Below, piece after piece: positions 1 to 14,065 of a stretch of 64,000 nt of DNA. The notes beneath the pieces were generated by a model, which worked only from the letters and a program-made list of their open reading frames with translations, did not search any database and was not told where the DNA came from. The translations under genes and the position numbers were made by a program. The first letter of the stretch is position 1, and every line of letters begins with the position of its first letter. Source of the DNA: Lama guanicoe (lineage: Eukaryota); assembly GCA_013239625.1 (NCBI GenBank), contig MU054187.1, positions 9,071,231-9,135,230 on the forward strand, read 5' to 3'.

Positions 1-1289
1 GGGATCTTTTAAAAATGGGATGAAAGATGAAGTTTTTCAGTGGGTCTCAAAGAAGTGTTAATGCTAACATTTTCAATTTAAGTATTTGTCAGAAACTAGT
101 CACCTGCCTATAGAAAAGTGGGCCAACCCTTTTTAAAAAAAGGTATATAAAATGATTGCACACTTAGACGAGCTAGCTACTTCATCTGCTAGTAATCCTA
201 TAGCCCTCAACAGGATTTCATGTACAGCTTTGGGGGACAGGCAAGGGACAAAGAGGCTAGATAAGAAGCATCAATCTTAGCTTCTTGTTATCTAATTAAT
301 GATCAGCATACTGTGAATACCTATGGAGTACTTATGACACTTTAAAAACTGTAAGCCAGAAACTGCTTTCTATTCAATAAGCAATCTCAAAACTGCTTTC
401 AGGCTGAATAAAAATTTCTGACTAATGGGAGCACCTGAGAATTTCAGCAGTATCTTCAACGAGCTAAGATCTTCCAAATTTCTTAATAAACAACCCACTC
501 ATATAATTGTGATATGTATGTTCTATCTGAATTGCAAAATGGAACCCTTCCCAGAGGGAAAAAAATTCCTTTGAAACAATACTCCAAGGAATGTTTCTGG
601 TCATCCTAAAATAATGTCAACAAGGACTTCCTTACATGAAAAATTCCTTTCTCAAAATGAAACTATGTAAATATGTATGACATAATCTTTTGTCCTATAA
701 TATAAAAGATAGGTAATAAGAACACAAACAAAAGAACGCTTCAGAAAATCTCTTTCATGAGAGATGATACCTGGGAAAATTTTTTGACTTTTCATCCCAC
801 AGACCCAAGGTAATAACACCTGATAAATTCACAAAGAAGTTAGTATGAACAATCCACTTACAGCATTAGAGACCAGAAAAAAAACCAACCAACCAACCAA
901 AAAAGAAATCTAGTTAAGAATGAAAGCTTTTGTATGATACATCCATTATTTGGGGAAAGGTTTAACTTGAAAATTATAATAGTAGAATTTATTGATTAAA
1001 GCAGAACAGTGCGACAAGTTACCAGACTAACCCTGACTTCAGATTTATTACAGGCCTTTGGGAAAGACTTCTCGGCAAAGAGGACTCATGATCATCCAAA
1101 CCCGTCCACCCTCTGTAACCGTGAATACAGGTTAGTTTAAAAACGTCTTCCCAAAGTTTGAACTCTTTCAGTTCTTTATAAATAATCACAGACCTGGTAT
1201 AATACCGGTTAATTAACAAATATGTACTCTGACTATAAATTCATGATTTTTAATAAATGCATAATTTAATAACATACTTTAAAAAGTAT

Positions 1290-1810
1290 TTGTTGGGAGA
1301 TCATTTCAAAACACAAATATAAAATACAAAAAGGTGCAAAACTTAACAGTACAAGGAATAGCCTTTATCAAGTGCCCTTTGCTCAGATTTGCCATTGTTG
1401 ACATTTTTTTCACCTGCTTTACCATTTGCACTGTGTGTGTGTGTATGTGTGTGGTGTGTACATGATTCTTTTTCTGAATATTTGAGGGTAGGTTATAAGC
1501 ATTCCAGTCTTTCGTCCTTAAATACTTTGGTGAATAACACCCCAACTTAATATATATTTCTACTATAAATAAGAGCAACGTGAATGTATTCACATACACG
1601 TTAACATTTGTGTATGACTATTCCTTCTGCACACATTTCTAGTGCTGAAATCAAAGAGATAAAAATGTTTAAAACTCTCGATGCACAGTGCTGAACTGCC
1701 CTCTAGAAAGTCTGTGACTTCTGTTACTAGCACCTGAGCTGACTGTTTGCTTAATTTTCTAAATTTGACAGGAGTCTGTTTAGTAGCGAGGTTGAACACT
1801 GTTTCTCTAA
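1290..1810 (-). mobile_element. Old L1M(E)-like 3' region fragment with (TG)n tract
   Basis: Degraded similarity to antisense L1ME 3' UTR/ORF2 end; (TG)n at about 1433-1458. Confidence 0.45.
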
Positions 1811-3414
1811 CGTGCTACTGTGTTCAGCTAATTTTCTTCTTTTGTCTCTTTATACCCTTTTAGAAAGACTCAAAGTCAGAATTTGCTGCATGATAATGCC
1901 AAGGGCAAATTCTACTGTGAAGATACATTTATAGGTGTTACAAGAATAAGGATTTATGACAAAAGACAATCCAAGCCACAAAAGCTCAAGGCAGAAAAAC
2001 ACCTGTGACAGCTGTACAATAAAATCATGACTGAGGTCCTCCCTGTTGACGGTGGGGCCTGTAATTGTTCCCTAACTGGATAAATAGCTGGAGAAGAACG
2101 CATCTTGATATGGTAAGCCCGAACACTGCTTATAATAAACTGTATACATATAAAAAGTCTTTCTAAAAAAAGCTCAGTATTTCAATGCTGATGTCTAATT
2201 TCTAGGTAAATTTAGTAAAGACAATTATGTTAAACATGGAGAAAATCATAATCCAGAAGTAAGTTAAAACTATTCCAGCACCTAAACAAACCTCAGCAGC
2301 ACCTCACAGATACAACACACGGAAGAAATACAAAATTATAGACAGACAGTTATAACATGCTGATAGTATGTTTTTAACCTGCTAACATGCATTTTCCCCT
2401 ATATTTTAAGCTCTCCTTTTCTTTAGAAAGACCCTACTCTGGGTACAGAGTAGAGCTCAGATTACAGGACAGAAATCCTACAAGTAAAGACAATGGTTAA
2501 GAGAATGCCAGGATAACCCCAGTCAGTGGTGACAGAAGTTCTAAATCAGGCAGGACAGGAGAGAAGGAGGACAGAGAGGAGAAGAAAGGAGAATGACAGC
2601 TATTTTTGGTTACAAAATACACAGGATTTAATGCAGACTGGATGTAAGCAATGAAAGAACAGAAAGACACAAGAATTTCACAACAGGGGAAATTAACAGT
2701 GAGTTTAAGGTAAAACCAAAGAGATGCACAAAAGGTGGGCTGAGGAGCTACACATAGAGAAAATTCTAGCTTCAGTGAATTTAATACACCTATCCAGAAT
2801 TTGGTCATTAGAACATCCTAGAAACCACTTTAACTTCAGCATGTAAATCTTTGTGTCATTGTGAAAAATAGTATCTCAGTTTTAGTTGCATACAAAGGAG
2901 AGGGCACATTACTAAAGTCAAACGCTCAGTCCCTGGGAAGGATTACACCCACCCCACAGAGCTGCTGACGGGCAGCGCCTTTGCCAAGTCTGCAGACTCG
3001 GCCTGAAGACAGCTCAGGGGAGGTCTGAGTCATAGCAGGAGCACGTGCTCACTCCCTGATTAGATCACATTTCACAAAACCTACTAGATTAAAATTTTTT
3101 CTTTTCAGAATTCTGAGCTGTGTGATAAACAGACCTACTACACCAGTAGGAGAGAATGACTCATTTTTCTCTATTTAAAAAGCCCCTCTAAATTATATTA
3201 CCATTTTGGCTTAGAGAGATGTTCTTGTTTTGTACTAACTGCAGGATCAGTTCTACAGTGACAATTTCCAACTACAGCCCTGAGTCTTAGACATTTGTCA
3301 CGATGCGGTCGTGAAGAGGAGCTGCGTCCCTAGGAGCTGAGCTGCCTCCGCTGTTCTAAGACACCACACCACAGACGCCCCGCACCAGGGGATCAGGATG
3401 CACTTGCGGACTCT

Positions 3415-3695
3415 GTGTGGACCGACAAGAGTGGGTACATGCCATTATATCTGTGTCCAAACCTAAAGAACGCACAACACCAAGAGTGATTCCTAATGTA
3501 AACTCTGGACTTTGGGTGACTATGTGTCACTGTAGGTCCATCAACTGTAACAAATGTACCACACTGGGTAGTGACGCTGATAGCAGAGGAGGCTACTATG
3601 CATGTGTGGTGCAGGTACGTGCAAAATCTCTGTACCTTCCTCTCAGTTTTGCTCTCAACCTAAAATCACTCTTTAAAAACTCTTTTTTAAAAATC
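3415..3695 (+). mobile_element. L1MC-like 3' end fragment
   Basis: CACAACACCAAGAGTGATTCCTAATGTAAACTCTGGACTTTGGGTGA...TGTAACAAATGTACCAC is typical of L1MC 3' UTR. A similar copy lies at 56140-56400. Confidence 0.8.
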
Positions 3696-3699
3696 ACAT

Positions 3700-3985
3700 A
3701 ATAAACCCATATTAACGTAAGTAACACTATATTAAAAAAAAACTATTTTCCTAATCAAAAATTAAAACTAATCAGAAGAATGTTACTGTTTTATATTTTT
3801 ATAAATCTCTTTAATGTCTGGAGACATATATCATGACATCTCTGGAAAGTTCCACTATACCTTTGAGAGAGATGAGAATGAAAAAGGCAAATAATGTCTT
3901 AGTATTATTATGGAAACAGTTTTAACTTCATGAACTTCCCCAAAAGGGTTCTGAGAACCCCAGATCACATTCTGAATAATACAGG
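3700..3985 (-). mobile_element. hAT-Charlie1-like DNA transposon deletion derivative
   Basis: GAGAATGAAAAAGGCAAATAATGTCTTAGTATTATTATGGAAACAGTTTT is the reverse complement of the Charlie1 5' region. Confidence 0.7.
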
Positions 3986-3999
3986 TTTAGTTTGTCTAT

Positions 4000-6530
4000 C
4001 TTTGCTGCATTCAGTTTTGATAAATTATAATTTTCAAGAAAATTATCTGGATTATACAGGTGTTCAAATCTATGTTTAGAGTTGAGTAAAGTTGTCTATT
4101 TTTCTTTAATTTCCTGTATTTCTGTGAGGTTCCTCCCTTATTTCGTATTTTGAATATTCATCTTAGTTCAATTTAATCTGTTGATTAAATTTAACCAACC
4201 GCCAGCAGTTTATCTATTTTACTAGAATCAGCTCTTATTCACTTTATTTACATTTCAGTTTTCTAACTCATTAATTTGTTTTTTACCTTTACTAATTGAT
4301 TTCACATTTTTCTTAGGTCTACTTTGTTACTCTTTTTCTAACTTCTTGGGTCTGACTACTTAATTCACTTATTTCATTCTTTCTCATTTATTAATATAAG
4401 TATTTTTAATGCTATGAATTTTCCTGTAAGCACTGCTTTAACTGAATTTCACAGCTTTCATAAGTAATCTTTAATTATCAATTTTTCAATACTCTGCAAA
4501 ATTAGTTTTCATTTCCTCTTTGACCCAAGAAGTATTTATTTCAGAATTCAAAAAATTTTCCAGGTGGCCAGTCTTTTTGTTTTCTAGATTTGGTATTTCT
4601 AGCTTCAGTGATCCTACTTCCCCTGCCAGCTGCCTCTCTCTCTTTTTTTTTTTTCAGCAAAAATATCTAACAGAGTTGTCTGTACTTATTAAATCTAATT
4701 CCTTTCCTTCCTCTTAAATTTTCTCTTGATGATTATCAGGTTTCCTCTACCGCCACCTCTACACTGCTAAATCACTTTCTCATTCCTCATCTTATCAGAC
4801 TTGACAGCATAATTTGGCCAACTTAATACATCAGAATTTGATTTTTTTCATGTATGGTATAAATAAGGGATCAAGACTGATTTTTTTCTCATATGGATAG
4901 CCAATTGATTTAGCACTATTTATTTAAAAGATCATCTTTTCCCCACTGCATTACCACATCTGTCACAAATCAAGTATGTGTAAGTCTGTTTCTGGACTTT
5001 ACAACATTTCATTATTCTGTTTGGTAGTACTTGAGCCAATATCACTCTAGCTTAATTATTATAATTCATAATGAGTCTATATATCTGAGAAGAGTTACCT
5101 CTATGTTTTCTTCTTTTTCCCGATTGTCTTGACTATTTTTCACTTTTTCAATTTTTATTTAAGTTCTAAAATCAGCTTATATATTTCACCAAAGGATTAA
5201 AAAAAAAACTGCTGAGATTTTTGTGATTTCACTAAACCTATAGGTCAATGAAAGAAAAACTGACATCGTTATTAAATCTTCCAATCCATGAACAATTGTA
5301 CACACTTCCATGTATTCAGGTTTCCTTTAATTTTCTCTGTGATATCTTACAGTTTTCTATGTAGAATCACACAATCTTTAGTTAGATTTATCCCTACTTA
5401 TTTGATCTCTTGTTGATGTAAATTTAAACTATATATTATTTCAACTTTTGTCAATACTGCTTTATAGAAATACAACTACATATTGACTTTGTACCCAGCA
5501 AACCTGCTAAACTCACTTACTAAACTTAATAATTTTCTAAGTATATAATCACATCATCCATAAATAATGGCACTTTTTTAACTTCTTCTCCAATCCTTGT
5601 ATCTTTTATTTCTTTTTCTTAAATTATTGTACTGGTAGGGACCTCCAAAACAATATTGAGAAGGAAAGGTAGAACATGACATTCTGGATTTCTCATCTTA
5701 GAGACAAAGTTTTAATACTGCACCATTAAATACAATGTTTGCTGGAGGTTCTGTAGAAATCCTTTTTTTGTATTCCTAGCTTGCTCAGGCAAAGCATGAA
5801 TGCTGAATTTTATCAAATGCTTTTCTGGTACATAATGGTCTATCCATGACTTTTCTTTTGTGCTCTATTGAAGTGGTGAATTACAACAACTGGTTTTTAA
5901 ATGTTAAACCAATCTTACATTTCTGGAAAAAATATAAATTGGGTCAAAATATATTATTCCTATAAATTACAGATTTAATTTGATAATGTTATTTAGGATG
6001 CTTCATCTACATGAGGGAGTGACAGTGACTATATTTTCCTGCTTCTGTTATGTCCTTTCCAGCTCTTCATGTCAAGATTATAGCTGGCCTTACATAGTAA
6101 GTTGTGAAGTGTGTCCTTTTTTCTCTTATTCTCTGGAAGAGTTTGTGGATGAAATTTTAGCTTGATAGTTATTTTTTCCCCCCATCACTTCAAAGCTACC
6201 TTTCCTTTGTCTTGAAACTTCTTGGTTTCTATTGAAAATAAAACAATCTGTTTCCGGCAATCCTATACATGCTCCTTTGAAGGTAATAATTTTTTCCTGA
6301 ACTACTTTTTAAGTATTTTCTCTTTGATTTTGGCTTTTCATTATTCTACATTACATCTAGGTACAGTTTTCCTTTAATGTTAACTGTACTTGAGATTCAT
6401 AATGCTTCCTAAATCTGCACCTTAATGTCTTTAATCAAGCTTAAGAGATTCCTCAGTCATTATCTTTTCAAAGATTGCTTCTGCTATATTCTCCCTCTTT
6501 TCTCCTCGAACTCTAATCACCTTCCCAACA
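4000..6530 (-). mobile_element. Old L1M ORF2/ORF1 remnants with a short L2-like piece at about 4680-4825
   Basis: T-rich antisense L1 motifs (e.g. CTTCCAATCCATGAACA, CAAACCTGCTAAACTCACTTA, CCTCCAAAACAATATTGA); no intact ORF. Confidence 0.75.
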
Positions 6531-6544
6531 CCATTTTGTTCCAG

Positions 6545-7575
6545 TTTAAAGATAGAAGATTAAAACTTTTTTAACCATACTCCCTTTGACAAGTGGGATC
6601 TATATCCTTCATGCATGAATCTGAGCAAGCTGTGTGGCACAGCTGACGAACAGAATATGCAAATGTGATGTTGTACCACCTACATCGTCAGAGACGAGAA
6701 GCTGCCACACTTCCTCTCTCTTGCTCTGGGGAAAAGCAGCAGATACTGTGTAAGAAGTCCAACTACCCTGAGACTGCCATTTATGGAGAAAGAGAAATGG
6801 TGGCCAGTTCCAGAAATTCCAGCCATCCCAGCCCTGGCACCAGATACAGGAGTGCAGAAGTCATCATGGATGTTCCAGCCCCAAGACATGACACGTGGAG
6901 AAGAACCAAGGCCCCAAACATACAGACCCAGTGGAGCTACTCCAGGTATCTCTAGCTGTTTGAACAATCCCCTCTGAAGATCAAGACATTGCAGACCACA
7001 GACAAATCAAATCTGATATACCCTGACTGAATTACTAACCTTCAGAAAAATGAGCATTAAAAAGGTTGTCGTTTTATGCCAGTAAGTTTTCGGGTCATTT
7101 GTTCCTACTGGGAAAGGTAATCCTCCAGGAAGGCTTCTAGTGTCCCTGCACATTTTTGCTGGATGTGTGAAGAATGCCAAGCCCTAACCAGTCTTTCCCT
7201 GGGCCATTTCTCAGGGCTGTGTTTGCAGCCAGAGGCCTTGAGGGGTAAGCAATCTCTTTCTCTGGGACAAAGAGTAGTATTACTATAAAAGAGGTTAATT
7301 CACTCAGCTCATTGTTTCTCAGATGTGATGCAAGCTCACAGTGTGCACATAAATCCCTCTACTTGCCAGTGCTATGTTCCAGAAGGACTGACATGATGTT
7401 CATGTTGCTTGCTGTGCCATGAATAATAAAGTCCTTTGTCTCTGACCCAAGAGTATCTTCTGCTAATATCCATAAAACAGTAACAGGCTGATTTATTCGT
7501 TATCTTACAAGGTAAAATTTCAGACCCTTCACAATTCTTGAAAGGTACAGGCTGACCAATAGATAACTAGGACAT
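6545..7575 (+). mobile_element. MaLR LTR (MLT1G/H-like), interrupted by an ERVL LTR
   Basis: MLT1-type motifs (AGAAGTCCAACTACCCTGAGACTGCCAT; GTTGTCGTTTTATGCCAGTAAGTTTT). The 3' end CAATAGATAACTAGGACA resumes after 7544. Confidence 0.7.
7106..7543 (+). mobile_element. ERVL-class solo LTR (MER68/MER76/MER77 group)
   Basis: TATAAAA box at about 7284, AATAAAGTCCTTTGTCTCTGACCCA poly(A) region, and terminus AAAATTTCAGACCCTTCACAATTCTTGA. Confidence 0.7.
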
Positions 7576-8370
7576 ATTCCATGTGTCTTTTCTGTATTTT
7601 CTACCTTTTACATCAAGTGTTTCGTTCTAAATATTTTCTTCTGACCTATATTCCAATCCACCAATTCTCTCTTCATCTTGAACTTATTTGCTGTTAAAAC
7701 CATCTCCAATGAGTTCTTATTTAAGGGATGGTATTTTTCAGTTTAGAATTTCCATTTAGTTCTTTTCCACAATTTTCAGTTCTCTACTCAGATTCTCAAT
7801 TCTGTCTTTTTTTTCCCCCTATCAACATAATTATGTTTGGGTATTTTAAAGGTCATGTATAACAAAGCAATTATTAGGATCCCCGGTGTATATTTCTGCT
7901 GCCTGTTGTTTTCTTCTTCATTTTTGGTCACATAGCCCCCTTCCTCCAAAGACGATTAACAACTACTTCTGGCAGCACTAACATCACAGGTCACCTTAAT
8001 CTAACCGCTCACTGAGATGTTTTAAAGCTGGGATTTATTTCTAAGGTATAGCCCTTTGGGTCTCTAACTTAAGCACAGAGGTTTATCAGGACAATCCCCC
8101 AGCCTTGGTGAGCTATAACCATCTGTTTTTGTTTTTTTAGCCTCAAGTGTCCATCAAAAGCTCTGCTCAGCCTCTCACCCACTTTTTCCCGCATCAGCAG
8201 ATCCCACTAAGGGGAAAAGTAGCCTGAACTTGCAGGTTTATTTCTGCCTTAACAGCATTCTGATACACTCAAATACATGTCTTTTATATTTTGTCCAGTT
8301 TCTCTAATTTTTTAATTGAAGTGTTAATCCAGATAATTTATCCAACATTAGCAAAAATGGAACTCCTCCA
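7576..8370 (-). mobile_element. Old L1M 5'/ORF1 remnant (continuation of the element interrupted by LTRs)
   Basis: Antisense L1 ORF1-type motifs (GTATTTTTCAGTTTAGAATTTCCATTTAGTTCTTT). Confidence 0.6.
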
Positions 8371-8893
8371 AAAACAGATTTAATATGTTTAATATTCAAC
8401 AGTTTTAGAAGTTCTGTTTTTTCCCTTCTATCCTATCCATTATGCGTCAGAACCAGTGTTTTCAAAATATGCATTCTACAAGCATCTTTCAAGGTTATGT
8501 GTATTTTAAAATAAACCCAAAGGATGCACCTAGTTAACTATGAAATACCTTTATATAATGTCATTTGCACAAAAACATTCTATCTAGAGTAATGAAAACA
8601 AAACATTTAGAATAAGACAACTTTTTAAAAATACATATTTAAAAAAGAAAAAATGTATCAAAATAATCTCATATTTAAATTAGAAAGAAGAAATACTATA
8701 TTCAGCTTATTTTGATAATTTCCAGTTCTACCTGCCTTTAAATACTTACTAGCATTATTTAGAAATAAACTATCATTTATTATGACCCAGTATTTTCAAA
8801 ACATTTTACATATAATATAGTTTTTTCTTATATTCTTCTTCCTTTGGAATATTATGTAATTTTATGAAGATCTGAAGTTTACTGAAAGTCTTA

Positions 8894-9016
<123 letters not shown>

Positions 9017-9202
9017 TCAGGGAAAAAATGTAAGTTTAGCAGGCTGCCATTGGGAAGAAGCTTTCACATGCAACAAAGGTCTATGCGGTATACTCAAAAG
9101 TAAAGGCCCACTAATGACATACATGGACTAAGGAGTTAAGAGCTGATTTATTTGAGGAGGGTTACAAATTTTTGGTACTGAGTTGTAAGGCTACATGAGG
9201 AG

Positions 9203-9240
9203 TTTTTTGTTTTTGGTTTTTGGTTTTTGGTTTTGGTTTT
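9203..9240. repeat. (TTTTGG)n-like simple repeat
   Basis: TTTTTTGTTTTTGGTTTTTGGTTTTTGGTTTTGGTTTT. Confidence 0.85.
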
Positions 9241-9699
9241 AACCTCCTAAGTAATTAAAATCTGTATTTTAAAGTCATCTTCTGAAAGACGACTCAAGTA
9301 TATGATAATCCAACCTCACATCTTATTACTCACATGGAATTAAAAAAAAGTCTCAGCACAAAACTTTAAAAAAAGCCACAGCAAAAAGCAAATATTTACT
9401 AAGTGTCTACTCTGTGCCTAGTACTATACTATAAGAGATATAAAGAAATTAAAAATATATTAATTATTCTCAAGCAGCTTACAATTCTTTAAATGTATGG
9501 AAGATTAAAATATTAAAGATGCTGTCAGAAATGTTTAATTTGATTCAGCTTCTCTTTTCTCATTGACAGTGGATATACTCGAGGTCTTTAGTTGGGTCTT
9601 AAACTTTGGTGGTCGTAAGCTCGGTATTGTTTCTCCATGTATCCATATGACTTTCAGATCTACTCCATACAGCAACACAAGCACTGCAGTCTTGGGCCA

Positions 9700-9890
9700 G
9701 GCACCCTTTTTGTGCCTTACAGGCATTATTTTATTTAATTCTCTAACCACCTCTGAGAGACAGGAATCTTAACCCCCATTTTACAGATGCAAGAACGGAC
9801 ATCTGAGACGTTAACAAGCATGCCAATGGCACATAGCTAGCGTAAAGATGAGTCTGGATTTAAATCTAGCTCTGTGGGCTCCAAGGCAGC
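9700..9890 (-). mobile_element. MIR SINE
   Basis: CCCCATTTTACAGATG...GGCACATAGCTAG...CTGGATTTAAATCTAG core MIR motifs. Confidence 0.8.
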
Positions 9891-10074
9891 ACCTTTCCCA
9901 CCAGACTTCCACAGCCTCCAAGTTCAGAACCTTTAAGTCTTCAGCCTTGCTCTGGCAATTCTGTTTGCCTGGAAGGCTTTCCGGCTTACTCTTCTTTCAA
10001 GGAGCATGTCATCCACCATTGAGTCCAACCCACAATGATTAACCACTTCTCTCATGTGGAGATTTTTTCACTCT

Positions 10075-11180
10075 GCACCAAATGTTTACTGAGCACTCAC
10101 TACATGTCAGGAACGCAGCAGTGAGCAAAACACATAAGGCCTTCATGTAGCCTATCCTTTCATGGAGTGGGACAGATAACAAAACAAGTAAGTAAGTTCA
10201 TTCTATGGAAGATGGCAGTAAGTAACCTGTAGGAAACGAAAGCAAGGTTAGAGAAACAGGGAGGGAGGGGCAGGGGAGAAGTGACGTGTTAGTGACATCA
10301 CAGGAGACCCCAGTGTAAAGGAGGCATTTGAGCAGAGACCTGAAGGCAGTCAGGCAGTGAGCCACAAGGCTATCTGGAGGAAGAGGCTTCCAGGCACAAA
10401 GAAGAACAAGTACAAATACCCTGAGATGGGAGCATACTTGGCATGTTCAAGGACAGGCAACGAGGCCTGCATGGCTGGAATGAGATAAATGAGGGAAACT
10501 GGTAAGAGGTGAGGTCAGAGAAGGTGTAGAGTCACATCATGTTGGACCTTCATAATAGGTCTGGCTATCACTCTAAGATAGAAAACTATCGGAAGATTCT
10601 AGACAGAGGAGTGAGACTGATTTAACGTATGTCTGGAAAGGTTCACTCTGGCTGGATAGACTAGAATCAAGGAGACACAAAGGAAGATGCAGGGAGACCA
10701 GTCAAGGAGTGAGTGCATTAAGCGAGGCACCCACTATGGCTGGGGTTGGAGGGTATGGTGATATGGGGGATGGTGGTCAAGAGGTACAAGGTTTCAGTTA
10801 TGCAAGTTAAGTTCTGGAGATCTAATGTGCAACAATGTGACTACAGCTAACAATAAAAACCAAGTAAATGTGGTTTAGATAGGGATGGCAACAGAATTGG
10901 GGTGGTGAAATTCTGGATATATTTTGAAGGTAGAAGCCAAGAAGATTTGTTGATGAAGTAGACAGAGTAAGTAATAAATGAGAGTCAAGAATGATCCCAA
11001 GGTTTCTGATCTGACAACCGGAAGAATGGAGTTACATTTTCTGACATGGCAGAAGAACGCAAAATGAACAGACTTGGGGAACACAAATCTTTTAACAGAT
11101 ATGTTAAATGAGGGGCACCCATAATACACCCAAGTGGAGATATTCTACAGAGTCAAAAAAAAAAATGAGTCTAAAGCTCT
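10075..11180 (-). mobile_element. L2 LINE fragment interrupted by a short L1MA-like 3' piece (about 10735-10860, + strand)
   Basis: AAATGTTTACTGAGCACTCACTACATGTCAGG, GGCATTTGAGCAGAGACCTGAA, GGATATATTTTGAAGGTAGA; insert GGTACAAGGTTTCAGTTATGC...TTCTGGAGATCTAATGT. Confidence 0.8.
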
Positions 11181-12118
11181 GTTTTAAAGAGAGCAGAATA
11201 CTGACTTGTCTGTAGAACAGGACAGGGACAGTAAAGAAAAGGCTGAACATTCCTGTGAGGAAAATATGTGCTAGAGCAGAACGGAGCTGAAGCAGGTAAG
11301 ATACACAGAGTAAATTCAAGAAGGAAAACGGGAAGAAGAGCAAAAACAGCAAGAAGAGCAAGGAGAATATGTAGGCTTAAGAGTAAGAGAAGGAGTTAGG
11401 GAAACAGGCAAGAAGAAAAATATCCCCAAAGTAGGCGAAGAATAAGGATGACTCAAAAGCACAGAAACTGAGTACGGAATTATGAGCAAAAGTAAGTAGT
11501 CATGGAAGATCCTCTAAGAAAGGATGAGTAAAAGGGACTATCGGAATTTTAACAATACATTTTTAACAATATATATTAAAGTACAAGGGATCAAGGAGTG
11601 CATGGAAGAGGAGGAAAATCTGGCAAAGAGAGGCACAGAGGAAGAAAATCACATACATACATACATAACAAATTCGTTTTACCCTATGGACTTGAGTAAT
11701 ATATTAAAAATTTAAGACCCAAGACTAGGGAGAAGACAAATGGTCTTCTGGTCAGCCAACTGAGAACAAGCACACCCAGCGACAGGACTATGTGAACAGG
11801 TATGTCACGGTCTTGTCTGTATCCATGTTACCATGGACATCTGTTCAGTATTCAGGAACTCCACAAATTTAAGATACTTCTTATGAAGAATATTCAGAAT
11901 ACAACCTAAAATTGTGTGCTAATGACAGTCATAGTTATTACGCCAGAGATTTCTCAATTACCTATAAATCTAAAATGCCTCTCTTTATTCACATCACATT
12001 AATTTTGGTTTCTAGACTCTACACTGCAAAGTAATAGAACATTCCTGCTGCAAACACTGACGAAAAGCTACCTAACAAAAGTTGTCTCAATCAATAACAG
12101 TAGATGATAACAAAATTA

Positions 12119-12211
<93 letters not shown>

Positions 12212-12789
12212 CTAGAAAAAAACCATACACACATTTTAATGCATGACAATTAAATGTGTTATAATATTCAATTCAACAAACATGTATTTATCATTATTTG
12301 TGAAGCACCATGCAAGAGAAGTTGGATATACAAGATGAAATTAATATGTATCTGCTCTCAAAGTCTCTAGTGTAAGGAAGACAAAAAATTATAAAACAAT
12401 ATGATTAAGCACTACCTTTAAAGTGGATACAGAGTGAGGGACATGCAGTGGGTAGAAATTTAATGTCAGAGTATATCAGGGAGAGACCTGAAGAGCTAGA
12501 TAGACTCGACAAAGAGATATGGTTCAACTACTTCACTATTCCTTTCATTTAAATCTGAATGAGTAAGCAAACAAGAATCATGAGACATTTGTAGAAATCC
12601 ATTAGCTAAAAATAAATGGAAGAAAGTGAAAAACCCAAATGGCCCAGAGGCTAGAAAAAAATAAGAGAATTTTAAAAAATGTAATTAGTGAACTCGAAGA
12701 AATTAGAGAAGACACTGAATCTAGAAAACAAAAAATTGTGTGCCACCAAAAGAGAACAGATTTAAAGATACATTTTGTGCCTAAAAATA

Positions 12790-13280
12790 AACGGATATTA
12801 AAAGTATCTTGCAACATTCTTCTTAACAGCCCCAACTGGAAGCAACCCAAAGGTCCATCAACCAACGAAAGTATAAATAAAATGTGGTGTAGACGTACAG
12901 TGCAGCTCAGTATTCAATATTCAGTAGTATTCAGACATGAAAAGGAATGAAGTGCTGACAGATGCTACACTGCAGCTGAACCTTGAGAAGAGCACATTGA
13001 GTGAAGGAGCCGGGCACAAAGGACCATATAACACATGGTTCCACTTATATGAAATATTCCAAATAGGCAAATCCACAGAGACAGAAAACAGACTGGTGGC
13101 TGCTGAGAGTTAGAAGGGCTGATGGGAAATGGAGAGTGCGTGCTGATGGGTACCGGGTTTTTATCCACAGCGAGGAAAACGTTCGCAAATTAATGGTGAT
13201 AATCATCGCACAACTCTGTGAATACACCAAAAATCACTGCATTGTACCCTTTAAATGGGCAAATTGTGTGGTATATGAAT
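12790..13280 (+). mobile_element. L1MB-like 3' end
   Basis: AACTGGAAGCAACCCAAAGGTCCATCAAC...TGTGTGGTATATGAATTATATCTCAATAAAGCT. Confidence 0.85.
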
Positions 13281-13399
13281 TATATCTCAATAAAGCTATT
13301 ATGAGAAATAACAAGTATTGCAAATATTTAAAATATATTTCTAAAACAAACAAAACTTTGTACAAGCTAAAATACCCTCAACATGTTCTGCCAACTCTG

Positions 13400-14065
13400 C
13401 CTCCACACTCATCTCTCATCCTCCATCTCCACGTCTTCATTCTGTCTCAGAGAATAGCATCTCTCGCCTGCACTCCTACAATGGGCTGCTGACTGGTTCT
13501 CCTGCTGCCTCTCTTGGCTCCCAGTCCACTCTTCACAGACGCAAGAGTGAACAGAACATTTCAGCTACTACTCAAAATCTTCCCATGGCCCCTATGCCTG
13601 GAGTAAAGCCCACACACCAAGCCCTCAGTGATCTGCCTAACCCTTAGGACTCAGGTTCTACTGACCTCTTCTCACCGTGAAGACCAGCCACCCTGGCCTC
13701 CTTGCCTCTCCTCAATTATGCCAAACATGCAGCCTTTACACTTGCTCCCCTGTCCAGGGTCACTGCATCGCTGTCTCCTTATCTCTCAGGTTCCAGATGA
13801 AATCTCGTCTCTTCAGGGAGGCATTCCCAGGCTACCAGACCTAAAGTCACCTGAGACGCAGCCTCTTCCATTGCTCCCTACCCTGTACACATGTGCTCTG
13901 CACGGCACACAGCTGATGTCCTCTTGTTTGCTTGTTCTAAAACAAAAGCTCCACAAGAGCAGGAACCATGTTTGGCTTACTCACCACTGCACTCTTGGTC
14001 CCTTAAACAGCAGCAATTATTTAGTAGATTTTAAATAAGTATTTGTTAAATAAATGACTGAGTGC
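13400..14065 (+). mobile_element. L2 LINE 3' fragment
   Basis: CAAAAGCTCCACAAGAGCAGGAACCATGTTTGGCTTACTCACCACTG and end AAGTATTTGTTAAATAAATGACTGA. Confidence 0.7.
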
